Below are positions 44,479 through 53,157 of a stretch of DNA of 53,157 nucleotides, piece by piece. The notes under the pieces are model-generated. The model was not told the DNA's origin. It searched no databases and saw only the letters and a list, made by a program, of their open reading frames with translations. The position numbers and the translations under genes are program-made. Within the stretch, counting starts at the first letter, position 1. Every line of letters starts with the position of its first letter. The stretch spans positions 1-53,157 of the forward strand of contig DDXT01000036.1 in assembly GCA_002347755.1 (NCBI GenBank). Direction: 5' to 3'. The stretch is from Bacillales bacterium UBA2253 (GTDB lineage: Bacteria > Bacillota_I > Bacilli_A > ML615J-28 > CAG-698).

Positions 44479-46749
44479 TTAGTCATTGTTCGGTTTTTCA
44501 GCAATTGGGGCTGCTGAAACGTTTTCGCTCGGTTTTCCTACGGCTGGCCGATCGGAATGTTGTTCGCGATTCGGAGTAAATGGCCGTCTTGGCCGATCAT
44601 GATCGAATTGACGGCGCGGACGTTCTTCGCCTTCCTGAGGTTGGCGACGTCCTTCCAAAGCCGCTTTAGTAGCTAAATTGACGCGGCCTTTATCGTCGAT
44701 CTCAGTTACTTTGACCATGATTTCATCGCCAAGGGCCAACACATCTTCAACTTTTCCCAGCTTTTCAGCGGTGATTTTGGAGATATGTAGCAGTCCGTCG
44801 GTTCCCGGCCATAATTCCACGAAAGCTCCGAACTTTTCAATTCGAACGACTTTCCCGGTATACCATTTGCCGACTTCAGCGACTTTTACGATGTTTTGGA
44901 TCATTTCCGCGGCTTTGTCAATCCAATCTTTGTCCATGTGCATGATGGAAACGCGTCCATCCTGCTCAATGTCGATCTTGACATTATTGCAACGGGTGAT
45001 GATGTCATTGATTATTTTTCCGCCCGATCCAATGACGTCGCGGATCTTGTCCGGATCAATCATGAATACGGCGACTTTTGGAGCATATTTGCTCAATTCC
45101 GGACGAACGGTTGGGATGGTGGACAGCATGTGTTCCAAAATCTTGGTTCTTCCAGTTTTGGCTTGGGCCAAAGCCTCTCCAAGAATCTTATAAGTAATTC
45201 CCGAGATTTTAATGTCCATTTGCAAAGCGGTGATTCCGTTCTTGGTTCCGGCGACTTTAAAGTCCATATCCCCAAAATGATCTTCCATTCCTTGAATGTC
45301 GGTCAGAATGGTATATTTCTTGCCATCGGAGATCAAACCCATGGCAATTCCGGCGACCGGTGCTTTAATCGGTACACCCGCATCCATCAAGGCCATTGTT
45401 CCCGCGCAAATTGAAGCTTGCGAAGAGGAACCATTGGATTCCAAAATTTCGCTGACGACTCGGATGGTGTATGGGAATTCCTCTTCGCTGGGAATAACCT
45501 GAAGCAAAGCTCTTTCGCCCAATGCGCCATGACCGATTTCGCGGCGGCCCGGTGATCCATAACGTCCGCATTCGCCGACGCTAAAAGCCGGGAAATTATA
45601 ATGCAGCATGAAGCGCTTGCTTTCTTCAACTCCCAAACCATCAATGATCTGGTATTCGCCCAAAGCCCCCAAAGTAACGACGCTCAAAGCTTGAGTCTGT
45701 CCGCGAGTAAATAAAGCGGAGCCGTGAGTCCGATCAAAAAGTCCAACGCTGGAAGACAAAGGCCGGATTTCATCAACCGCCCGTCCATCCGGACGAATCT
45801 TTTCTTCGGTGATCAAACGTCTTACTTCCGTAGCGACGATTGTTTCCAAGGATTCTTTTACATAATTGATTTTTTGTTCGGCATCTTCATCGCCATGGAA
45901 TTTTAGGGTCAGTTCGTCAACGACTGCATCGCTGATCTCATCGATTTTGGCAAATCGAGCCAATTTTTCCTTGATGACAATGGCTTTCAACAAATCTTTT
46001 TCCGCCATTTTGCGAACCAGTTTGTCGATGTCGTCCGGGATCTTGTGAAGTTCAACGACCGCTTTTTGTTTTCCGATTTCGGCTTGAATCTTCTTCTGGA
46101 AGGCACAAAGCTTCTTGACTTCGGCGTGGCCGAACATCAAAGCCTTCAACATGTCTTCTTCGGATACTTCTTTGGCTCCGGATTCAACCATGTTGATGGC
46201 GTCTTCCGTTCCGGCGACGATCAGGTTAATGTCGGAAACTTCCAATTCGGCGGAGGTTGGATTGATGACAAACTCACCGTTTACCCGGCCGACGACCACT
46301 CCCGCGATCGGACCTTTAAAGGGGATTTCCGAAACGCAAAGGGCCAATGACGAACCAAGCATGGCAGCCATCTGACTGGAATTATCGGGATTGGCGCTGA
46401 CAACGGTGTTGATGACTTGGACTTCGTTACGGAAGCCTTCGTCAAACAATGGCCGAATCGGCCGGTCAATCAAACGCGATGTTAAGGTTTCAAGTTCGCT
46501 TGGACGGCCTTCTCTTTTTAAGAATCCACCAGGAATTTTACCACCAGCGTAAAGTTTTTCAACATAAAGTACTGTTAAAGGAAAAAAATCATCCGTTGAC
46601 ACTTTTTGGCTAAAAACGGCGGCCGATAAAACAGCAGTGTCTTCAAAACGGACTAAAACTGCCCCATTGGCTTGCTTGGCAAGTTCACCGACTTCCACAA
46701 CAAATTTCCGACTGCCCTGGGCATACTCATAGACTTTTTTTTCACTCAT
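44479..46749 (-). CDS. pnp: Polyribonucleotide nucleotidyltransferase (PNPase)
   Basis: Two RNase PH domains, KH and S1 domains. Arg/Pro-rich C-terminal tail. 756 aa. Confidence 0.97.
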   Translation of the reverse strand: MSEKKVYEYAQGSRKFVVEVGELAKQANGAVLVRFEDTAVLSAAVFSQKVSTDDFFPLTVLYVEKLYAGGKIPGGFLKREGRPSELETLTSRLIDRPIRPLFDEGFRNEVQVINTVVSANPDNSSQMAAMLGSSLALCVSEIPFKGPIAGVVVGRVNGEFVINPTSAELEVSDINLIVAGTEDAINMVESGAKEVSEEDMLKALMFGHAEVKKLCAFQKKIQAEIGKQKAVVELHKIPDDIDKLVRKMAEKDLLKAIVIKEKLARFAKIDEISDAVVDELTLKFHGDEDAEQKINYVKESLETIVATEVRRLITEEKIRPDGRAVDEIRPLSSSVGLFDRTHGSALFTRGQTQALSVVTLGALGEYQIIDGLGVEESKRFMLHYNFPAFSVGECGRYGSPGRREIGHGALGERALLQVIPSEEEFPYTIRVVSEILESNGSSSQASICAGTMALMDAGVPIKAPVAGIAMGLISDGKKYTILTDIQGMEDHFGDMDFKVAGTKNGITALQMDIKISGITYKILGEALAQAKTGRTKILEHMLSTIPTVRPELSKYAPKVAVFMIDPDKIRDVIGSGGKIINDIITRCNNVKIDIEQDGRVSIMHMDKDWIDKAAEMIQNIVKVAEVGKWYTGKVVRIEKFGAFVELWPGTDGLLHISKITAEKLGKVEDVLALGDEIMVKVTEIDDKGRVNLATKAALEGRRQPQEGEERPRRQFDHDRPRRPFTPNREQHSDRPAVGKPSENVSAAPIAEKPNND

Positions 46750-46773
46750 TTATTTATTTGCTCCTTTTTCTTT

Positions 46774-46799
46774 TCAAAAAGGGTATTGTTATACCCTTT
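46774..46799 (-). terminator. rpsO terminator/attenuator hairpin preceding pnp
   Basis: Stem aaagggtat/ataccctttt overlapping the rpsO stop. The pnp RBS AAGGAG lies downstream. Confidence 0.6.
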
Positions 46800-47070
46800 A
46801 TTTTCGTAACTTCAATTCCGTAATCAGATTACGGTAACTATCGATGTCTTTTTTACGTAAATAGTTCAACAGATTACGGCGATGGCCGACTTTCTGAAGC
46901 AAACCACGTCCTGAATGAAAATCATGGACATGGGTTTGCAAATGTTCGTTTAAGCGAGTGATTTCGGCGGTCAAAATGGCGATTTGCACTTCGACTGATC
47001 CCGAGTCAGTGGCTCCTTTTCCGAACTTGGCGACTAATTGCGCTTTTTCTTCTTTAGAAATACATGACAT
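46798..47070 (-). CDS. rpsO: 30S ribosomal protein S15
   Basis: MSCISKEEKAQLVAKFG...HDFHSGRGLLQKVGHRRNLLNYL. The ATG at 47070 lies 10 nt after AAGGAGG (the ORF-track TTG at 47076 was rejected). Confidence 0.95.
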   Translation of the reverse strand: MSCISKEEKAQLVAKFGKGATDSGSVEVQIAILTAEITRLNEHLQTHVHDFHSGRGLLQKVGHRRNLLNYLRKKDIDSYRNLITELKLRK

Positions 47071-47154
47071 TTCCAAATTCCTCCTTTTGTTGATTTATGC
47101 CTAGAGCTGAGAAAAACGTCGGAGAGTCGTTGATCAAAGGTTTAGGATTTGTTT

Positions 47155-47183
47155 ATTATAGCACATCTCCCCAAAAATGTAAA
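47155..47183 (-). promoter_or_regulatory. SigA-type promoter of rpsO
   Basis: TTTACA (47183-47178), 17 nt, TATAAT (47160-47155) with an upstream TGc. Confidence 0.55.
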
Positions 47184-47191
47184 TACAAATC

Positions 47192-47887
47192 TCACAAGAT
47201 TTCCAGCAGCCCCAAAACGAACAAGTTGCTGTTTAAGCAGGCACCTTCGAGATTGTCTTCAAATTCGCTATGTTGATTTTCGCCGATCACGTCACTGACG
47301 GCCCGGATCGAAAGGAAAGGTTTTTGATAGAAATAACAAGCCTGAGCAAAGGCCGCGCTTTCCATGTCAAAGCAACAAACATTAAGCTGGGAAAAATGTT
47401 CCGAGATCAATTGGTTCGTCGATTGGGAGTCAACAACGAATTTATCGCTCGTCACCACGGAACCGAGAAGATAAGGAAGCTGCAAACGGGACTTGATCTT
47501 ACCAAGCATGTCTTCGTCGGCCGCGAAAGTCGGAGGACAATTGCTCATTTGACCGTAAACATATTTCCCGGCCAAAGAAATATCCACATCGCCATAGACC
47601 GCCTGCTGATTAACAATGATATCGCCGATTGCCGTTTTCCCGCTGACTCCGCCGGCCACGCCGACGTTGATGATCTTGCCCAGTTCGGGATAAAGGAGAT
47701 TCAGACTGGCAACCTGCATCCCGGCCGCGGTTTTCCCCACCCCGCCCTGAACCACGACCAGTTCGTGACCGGCGTAAAAGCCTTCATAAAAAAGGTAGCC
47801 GTTATTCCGACGCATGGTCGGATGATTCAGTTTGGTGATCAAGAAATCGGTCTCTTGAGTCATCGCGGAAATGATCGCAATTTTCAT
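47192..47887 (-). CDS. mtnN: 5'-methylthioadenosine/S-adenosylhomocysteine nucleosidase
   Basis: MKIAIISAMTQE..., GVGKTAA, FDMESAA motifs. Confidence 0.9.
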   Translation of the reverse strand: MKIAIISAMTQETDFLITKLNHPTMRRNNGYLFYEGFYAGHELVVVQGGVGKTAAGMQVASLNLLYPELGKIINVGVAGGVSGKTAIGDIIVNQQAVYGDVDISLAGKYVYGQMSNCPPTFAADEDMLGKIKSRLQLPYLLGSVVTSDKFVVDSQSTNQLISEHFSQLNVCCFDMESAAFAQACYFYQKPFLSIRAVSDVIGENQHSEFEDNLEGACLNSNLFVLGLLEIL

Positions 47888-48801
47888 GTTTGTTCTCCCA
47901 ACAATTGGATGGTATTCTCAATGTCCTGATGGATTTGAGTGATTAGGGCCTCAACCGTGTCAAAGTGGATCTCTTCCCGGAGATACACCACAAAATCCAC
48001 GGAAAGAACTTGGTCATAGATCATGGAATTAAAATCCAAGATATGAACTTCCAGTCGCGGCCGCTTGATGTAGTTTAAGGTCGGATTGTTGCCGATATTG
48101 CAAACCCCCAAATATTTCTTGCCATTCAGAGTAACATAAACTCCATAAACGCCTTTTTTTAGCAGTTGGTATTCTTCGCTCAAAGTAATGTTGGCAGTTC
48201 GAAACCCAATTCGTCTCCCAACTTGATTGCCTTTTTCAACAACTCCGGTAATATTGTAATACCGGCCGAGCATTTTGGTAGCTTCTTCCATTCGTCCCTC
48301 AAGGAGGAGATCCCGAACGGCATTGGACCCGATTTTTTGGTTCTCGAAATTGATTCTTTCAATGATGGTAATGGAATAATTTTTGGCCAACGAAGCCGCA
48401 TTTCCCGCGCCTTTGAACCCATAGCGGAAATCAAAGCCAACAATGAGATGAACAATCTCAAACTGTTTGAGGATTTGGTTTTCAAATTCAGTCGGGCTTT
48501 GTTTGCTCAGTTCCAACGTGAACGGAACGATGATCAGATAATCAACTCCCAATTCCTCCAATATTTGAATTTTGACGTTAAGCGGAGTCAAATAACCCAA
48601 ATACGATCTTCGTCTTAAAATAAAATCAGGATGCGGGTCAAAAGTCAGGACCGCACTTTTGGCCCCGATGCTTTTCGATAAATCAATGGTTTTTTGGATC
48701 AAGGCCTGATGCGCAACATGCAATCCATCGAATTCACCCAAGGCGACGACTAAGGCTCCCAGGGCATAAGTCTGGTTATTTTCAAAGCGAATTATTTCCA
48801 T
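47884..48801 (-). CDS. ribF: Bifunctional riboflavin kinase/FAD synthetase
   Basis: GEFDGLHVAH N-domain and a C-terminal riboflavin-kinase domain (GFRTANI...PRLEVHILDF). Confidence 0.93.
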   Translation of the reverse strand: MEIIRFENNQTYALGALVVALGEFDGLHVAHQALIQKTIDLSKSIGAKSAVLTFDPHPDFILRRRSYLGYLTPLNVKIQILEELGVDYLIIVPFTLELSKQSPTEFENQILKQFEIVHLIVGFDFRYGFKGAGNAASLAKNYSITIIERINFENQKIGSNAVRDLLLEGRMEEATKMLGRYYNITGVVEKGNQVGRRIGFRTANITLSEEYQLLKKGVYGVYVTLNGKKYLGVCNIGNNPTLNYIKRPRLEVHILDFNSMIYDQVLSVDFVVYLREEIHFDTVEALITQIHQDIENTIQLLGEQT

Positions 48802-49655
48802 ACGCGTTTTGCTCGATACTTTCCGGATTCCAATTTATAGATGGCCAACAATTGTTGGTCTTGCCTCAAAACCACCAGCGGCAGGTCGCATTTCAGTTCG
48901 TTCGGTTCCAACGCCACGCCGTCGCCGATTTTCTTCTTCTGCTCATCGTTGACGTTAATCTGCGGGTAGCCGTCCAAAGCAGTGAGCATGTCAACCAGTT
49001 GGAAACGGCCGTTTCGGACGTCATCCAAAGAAAAAGCGTTCACTAGACTGAATTTCCCCGAGGTAAGCCGTTGGAGTTTGCCCATTCGCGCCGGATAATT
49101 CAGGCTTTTACCGATGTCGACGCACAGAGTCCGAACATAAGTACCTTTTGAAGCCTTTACATAAAATGAAAATCGGGCTTTTGCGTCTTGGTATTCAATG
49201 ACGCTGGTTCGCTTGATCATGAATATCTCAATCGAGCGGGGTTTTCGATCAACGATAAAGCCTTTCCGAGCCAATTCATAAAGCTTTTTACCCTGGATTT
49301 TGATAGCCGAATACATGGGCGGGATTTGGGTTTGTTTCCCAATAAAAGCCGATAAAATGACGTCAACATCGCCCAAATCGCTCACCGTTTTTTGGGAAGT
49401 CACTTGACCTTCGCCGTCTTCGGTGGTGGTGCTTTCGCCGATGACGACTTCGGCGACGTATTCTTTCTGGTCTTCAATGAGATAATCGGCCAATTTGGTG
49501 GCTTCATTTAACAAAACCACCAGAAGTCCAATGGCGTTGGGATCTAGAGTGCCAACATGCCCGATTTTGTTGATATTCAAGATTTTTTTGATTTGATGGA
49601 CGACATCATGGGAAGTCATTCCTTTTTCTTTGTTAATTAATAAGATTCCATTCAT
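48792..49655 (-). CDS. truB: tRNA pseudouridine(55) synthase
   Basis: GILLINKEKGMTSHD...GHVGTLDP catalytic Asp motif. Confidence 0.95.
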   Translation of the reverse strand: MNGILLINKEKGMTSHDVVHQIKKILNINKIGHVGTLDPNAIGLLVVLLNEATKLADYLIEDQKEYVAEVVIGESTTTEDGEGQVTSQKTVSDLGDVDVILSAFIGKQTQIPPMYSAIKIQGKKLYELARKGFIVDRKPRSIEIFMIKRTSVIEYQDAKARFSFYVKASKGTYVRTLCVDIGKSLNYPARMGKLQRLTSGKFSLVNAFSLDDVRNGRFQLVDMLTALDGYPQINVNDEQKKKIGDGVALEPNELKCDLPLVVLRQDQQLLAIYKLESGKYRAKRVWK

Positions 49656-49734
49656 AATTTCACCTAAAACTATTATAACATACCCGTCGAAAAATGAGTA
49701 GGTGGTTTGGACATTATCCAGCCAAAAAAAGCAA

Positions 49735-50400
49735 TCACTTGGTGACCGCTTCGGTGTTTTGGTTGGCTTTTGCTTGCGGGTCCGTTAACCCGTATCCGTT
49801 GGTGGCAATCTCCCAAATATAGAAAGATGCGACCGTGGCATAAGGGGTAAATCGGCTTTGGTATTCATCAAATAATTCTTTGGTTATCTCAGAATGCCCA
49901 TAAAGCATTCGCAAACCTTTTTGAATGGCGAAATCATTGAAGCTGAGAATGTTGGGCCGAGCCAAGGAGAAAATCAGCATCATTTCCGCGGTCCAAGGTC
50001 CGATCCCTTTTAGTTCATCAAGCCGGCGGATTATTTCGGCGTCGGGAAGGTCCGCCAATTCTTCAATCTTGAATTCATGGTTGAGAACTTTTTCCGAAAA
50101 GTCCCGAATGTACGAAACTTTCCGCCAACTAAGACCGCAAGACTGCAGGGCTTCGTCCGCACATTGGCAGATGTTTTCCGGGGTGACCGAACCAACTTTT
50201 TCCAGGATCCGGTTCCAAACCGTATCGGCGGCTTTACCGGAGATTTGTTGAGCAACGATGGCCCCGATCAGCGACGCGAAGAGATCCGGGTCGATCAGGC
50301 GGTCAAGGTGACCGATGACATCGATCATTTTCCCCAATTTTTGGTCTTTTGATTTTAGATAATCGGTCTGGGTGGTTCCGTAGGGAAAATACTGTTTCAT
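49735..50400 (-). CDS. HhH-GPD DNA glycosylase (AlkA-like 3-methyladenine glycosylase II)
   Basis: LKGIGPWTAEMMLIFSL HhH motif followed by the conserved D (NDFAIQKG). Confidence 0.75.
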   Translation of the reverse strand: MKQYFPYGTTQTDYLKSKDQKLGKMIDVIGHLDRLIDPDLFASLIGAIVAQQISGKAADTVWNRILEKVGSVTPENICQCADEALQSCGLSWRKVSYIRDFSEKVLNHEFKIEELADLPDAEIIRRLDELKGIGPWTAEMMLIFSLARPNILSFNDFAIQKGLRMLYGHSEITKELFDEYQSRFTPYATVASFYIWEIATNGYGLTDPQAKANQNTEAVTK

Positions 50401-50413
50401 TCCGTTCTCCTTG

Positions 50414-51448
50414 TCATTGTGGTCGGCTTATTTCCGGATAGCAAGCCTGAATGGTCAGTTTGATGCTCTCCAAGACATCCTTTCCGCCCTCAAAACCCAA
50501 TTCTTGATAATTCATTCGGGTCTTGAACTCGTCCGGATCAACATAAAAAGTACGATTGCATATCTGCGTCATCAGTTTTGCATGGTTCAGTCCGCTTTCC
50601 AAACCCTGTTTTCGCAGTTTTCGGTCCACATTTCCTGCCCAAATTGCGCAGATCCAAGCGGGAACGCCCTGAAACCGACGCGGGTCATCAATGGCTTCCA
50701 TCATTCGGTTGATGAGTTCTTCAAAGCTCAAGTTGATTTGACCGATCGGATAACGCATTCCCGGTTCACCGTTGATGGAAGCCGCCACGATGGCTTCCGC
50801 GACTCCGGAGACATCAATGGCGGCCGTCCCCCCATGGTGCGGATACATGATCGATTTAAGCCCATCAAAATGGGTTAAAAAATGTTCCCGCCACAGCGGC
50901 TTCCGGCCGGGCATGGTTCCGAATATATACGGAAGTTCCAAGATCATGACTTCAAAAACCCCAGGTTCCCCAAGGCTTATAAGCTCTTCTGCCTGTTCGA
51001 CTCGGGCTTTAATGTAAGGATGAGATTCTGCTAATTTTCCGCCCGTCAAACGATCGAAATAAGCAAAATAAGAATTCAAGACGACGCATCTTCTGATTCC
51101 GGCGTTTTTAGCCGCCAAGCAGATCTTTTTGGCTTCCGAAACCAATTTGTCATGAAAGAAAACCGCAGCCGGAGCCGGAGGCGTGACCCGATCATCCGGA
51201 CCAAGAGCATAAATGAAAGCATCGTAGTTTTTGTCTTTCAAAAGAGCGGCTATCTCTTCGCCGCTCATCTGAAACAGGTTTCCGAACTGCAGTCCGATTG
51301 CTTTTGGAAACCATTCTCCCAAACTGATCTCATTCGGGAGGGCGATGGTATCAACGGCCATGCCTTTTTCCAAAAACAATTTACTCGCGTGGAATCCCAA
51401 AAACCCCGTTCCTCCCGCGATGAAAACTTTTTTTATTTCGTTGCGCAA
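50414..51448 (-). CDS. NAD(P)-dependent epimerase/dehydratase-family (extended SDR) protein
   Basis: IAGGTGFLG Rossmann motif. 344 aa. Confidence 0.7.
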   Translation of the reverse strand: MRNEIKKVFIAGGTGFLGFHASKLFLEKGMAVDTIALPNEISLGEWFPKAIGLQFGNLFQMSGEEIAALLKDKNYDAFIYALGPDDRVTPPAPAAVFFHDKLVSEAKKICLAAKNAGIRRCVVLNSYFAYFDRLTGGKLAESHPYIKARVEQAEELISLGEPGVFEVMILELPYIFGTMPGRKPLWREHFLTHFDGLKSIMYPHHGGTAAIDVSGVAEAIVAASINGEPGMRYPIGQINLSFEELINRMMEAIDDPRRFQGVPAWICAIWAGNVDRKLRKQGLESGLNHAKLMTQICNRTFYVDPDEFKTRMNYQELGFEGGKDVLESIKLTIQACYPEISRPQ

Positions 51449-51449
51449 T

Positions 51450-51917
51450 TTACCACACCTTGGATCCGTCTAAAAAGTCTAGGTTTTTGTTTTGTTTGAA
51501 ACTGATGACATCCAAGACCAGGCAATTGTCTTTTTCGATTCCTTGCAAGTGCAGAATGTCTTGGACCCGACATTTCATGGTAACGCGAGCGCCGTCGATC
51601 AGAATGGCGGTCTCATCAAGGTGAAAGGTCACATTTTGGAATTTATCGACCTTGTCGCTATGTCCTTCGCCCAAAACGAAAGCAATGTCTTTTTGACCAT
51701 TAGCCAAAGCGCTGACGCCAACGATATCGTTGACTTTAAGGATGTTCCCGGTAATGCTCTGCGCTCCAAGGTGAAGCATGACTTTTTCATAGTCGACCAT
51801 CATCGCCCAAGAACAACACATTCCGTATTTTTTTCCGTTTTTGAGGATTGCTACAATGTTGCAACCGGTATTGAAAGCTTCCAAGCCCATAAATCCACCT
51901 TTTTCATCGTTTGACAT
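51450..51917 (-). CDS. Flavin-reductase-like (FMN-binding split-barrel) protein
   Basis: ~155 aa from MSNDEKGG.... The ORF-track N-terminal extension to 51995 runs to the IS end and was rejected. Confidence 0.5.
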   Translation of the reverse strand: MSNDEKGGFMGLEAFNTGCNIVAILKNGKKYGMCCSWAMMVDYEKVMLHLGAQSITGNILKVNDIVGVSALANGQKDIAFVLGEGHSDKVDKFQNVTFHLDETAILIDGARVTMKCRVQDILHLQGIEKDNCLVLDVISFKQNKNLDFLDGSKVW

Positions 51918-51994
51918 TTTATTATGCCTTATTTTTTTGAATTTTAAAATAGCGATTATTTTGAGTAAGGATGAAATTGTAGTGTTACAATACA

Positions 51995-53078
51995 TGTGAG
52001 ACCAAGCAAATTTGAAAAAAGGCCCGAAACTCCTGTATAATTTCAGTTACCACACAAAAACACACAAAGGAGGTCAGACCCATGTTTATTATAACACGAA
52101 TCCCCCACTCCATCAAGACTCGGATCAGCGCCGTTTCCACTTATCGCAGCTTTCGATGCAAGGTCGAGTTTATCGGCGGTAAGTATCATGTTTCCAAAGC
52201 TTCCCTGATGCGCTGGAATCTTCGGTACGACGGAACCGCCAAATCCTTGGAAGATCGGTCGAAAAGGCCGCTTACTCCGCATCCCAATGCCCATACGGAA
52301 GCGGAGATGACCAAAATCAGAAATCTCATCAGGCGCAATCCGCACATCGGGTTAATCGAACTTTATACCAAACTGCGAGTCGAGATTGGATATTCCCGTC
52401 ATTATGCCAGTTTATATCGGGTGTTGAGACGGATCGGTTTCTATCGGATGCCCGTCATCTTAAAAAAGCCTTATGTCCCAAAGCCTTACCTGACTCTGCT
52501 TTGTGTCGGCGAAAAGATGCAAATGGATGTTAAATTCGTTCCCAGAGCCTGTTATTCCGCCTTGGCTGCGTCGAATGAAAGGTTTTACCAATATACCGTC
52601 ATTGATGAAGCTTCCAGGGAAAGGTTCATTTATCCTTACCGGGAACAATCCAGTTACAGCAGCGTGGACTTCTTAAAGCGAGCCATCGCTTACTTCGGGT
52701 ATGTTCCCAGGTGTGTGCAGACAGACAACGGCTTTGAATTCGCTCATTTCAAAGAAACGGCCATGGTTCATCCGTTTGATGTCTTATGTTCTTCCTTGGG
52801 GATCGAACACAAGCTTATCAAGCCGCGGACTCCCCGTCATAACGGTAAAGTCGAAAGATCGCACCGCAACGACAGCGAACGATTCTATCAGGACCGCTTG
52901 TTCTATTCCTATGACGATCTGCTCAAACAAATGAAGCATTATTTATACCGCAGCAACCGAATCCTTTCTTCGGTCATTGATTGGAAATCTCCGATCGAAA
53001 AACGAATTCAGCTCGTCAAAACCGGTTATTTCAATTATACGCCGGCCTACTAATTATTTATCCCCTTTTGGTCTCACA
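51995..53078 (+). mobile_element. Insertion sequence, IS481-type (single rve transposase, TGT... ends)
   Basis: 11-bp perfect terminal inverted repeats TGTGAGACCAA (51995-52005) and TTGGTCTCACA (53068-53078), 12 bp if the flanking A/T is counted. One transposase ORF inside. Confidence 0.8.
52082..53053 (+). CDS. IS481-family DDE (rve integrase-core) transposase
   Basis: 323 aa. N-terminal HTH, DDE residues in QMDVK..., VQTDNGFEF, HNGKVER contexts. RBS AAGGAGG 8 nt upstream. Confidence 0.85.
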   Translation: MFIITRIPHSIKTRISAVSTYRSFRCKVEFIGGKYHVSKASLMRWNLRYDGTAKSLEDRSKRPLTPHPNAHTEAEMTKIRNLIRRNPHIGLIELYTKLRVEIGYSRHYASLYRVLRRIGFYRMPVILKKPYVPKPYLTLLCVGEKMQMDVKFVPRACYSALAASNERFYQYTVIDEASRERFIYPYREQSSYSSVDFLKRAIAYFGYVPRCVQTDNGFEFAHFKETAMVHPFDVLCSSLGIEHKLIKPRTPRHNGKVERSHRNDSERFYQDRLFYSYDDLLKQMKHYLYRSNRILSSVIDWKSPIEKRIQLVKTGYFNYTPAY

Positions 53079-53157
53079 TCATTTACAAATATACAAATAT
53101 TTTTCTGAAAAGGGATTCCGGTTAAACAAAAAATGAACTGAACCCAAATAGTTGGAC

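Noticed and set aside
51918-51995. N-terminal extension of the flavin-reductase-like ORF (MYCNTTISSLLKIIAILKFKKIRHNK).
   Set aside because: The extension is AT-rich, runs exactly up to the IS end and has no RBS. The internal ATG at 51917 gives a normal-length protein. Similar maximal non-ATG extensions were trimmed for rpmG, copZ, rsmE, hrcA, rsfS, yqeK, valS, mraZ, rpsO, the Nudix gene and the MBL gene.
51985-53090. Search for a target-site duplication around the IS481-type element (a TTACAA occurs on both sides).
   Set aside because: The two TTACAA motifs are not adjacent to the IS ends (offsets differ), so they cannot be called a duplication. This is reported only as an absence.

Overview
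Mostly a conserved housekeeping stretch of a low-GC Gram-positive-type chromosome (Bacillota, possibly a reduced or wall-less lineage using the standard genetic code). It is transcribed almost entirely on the minus strand. Lineage markers are a type-B RNase P RNA, a valS T-box leader, HrcA/CIRCE control of hrcA-grpE-dnaK-dnaJ, and MraZ boxes. Recognisable genes: rarA, rpmG, ispG, copZ, rmuC, a DEAD-box helicase, mtaB, rsmE, the dnaK operon, NfnAB-like oxidoreductase, glcK, the rsfS-yqeK-yqeH-yqeG cluster, bcp, greA, the trmR/U32 (yrrM-N-O-like) cluster, radC, folC, valS, nadE, nadD, rsmH, mraZ, rpmF, yceD, an aminotransferase, a Nudix hydrolase, engB, rnpB, pnp, rpsO, mtnN, ribF, truB, an AlkA-like glycosylase, an SDR epimerase and a flavin reductase. 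I found no defence system, CRISPR array, tRNA or rRNA. The non-core content has four parts. (1) A ~170-bp miniature element bounded by terminal inverted repeats is present twice (9.6 kb and 32.0 kb). Each copy sits in the intrinsic-terminator hairpin of the upstream gene, and the whole 20-25-bp hairpin is duplicated on both sides. (2) A visibly AT-rich ~2.9-kb island (26.8-29.7 kb) holds an HTH+TPR (RNPP/Rgg-like) regulator, a 5'-truncated ORF and a small multi-pass membrane protein. Seven copies of an 18-28-bp repeat (CTGTAACTTAGTTGGGGG[TCAAAA]) lie in both orientations around them. (3) An apparently intact IS481-type insertion sequence lies at 52.0-53.1 kb. (4) An N-terminal remnant of an rve-type (ISNCY/IS481-like) transposase abuts ispG. 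All functional calls come from motifs recognised by eye in the supplied translations. No database search was run, and several ORF-track starts (non-ATG, maximally extended) were trimmed to the ATG that has a Shine-Dalgarno sequence.
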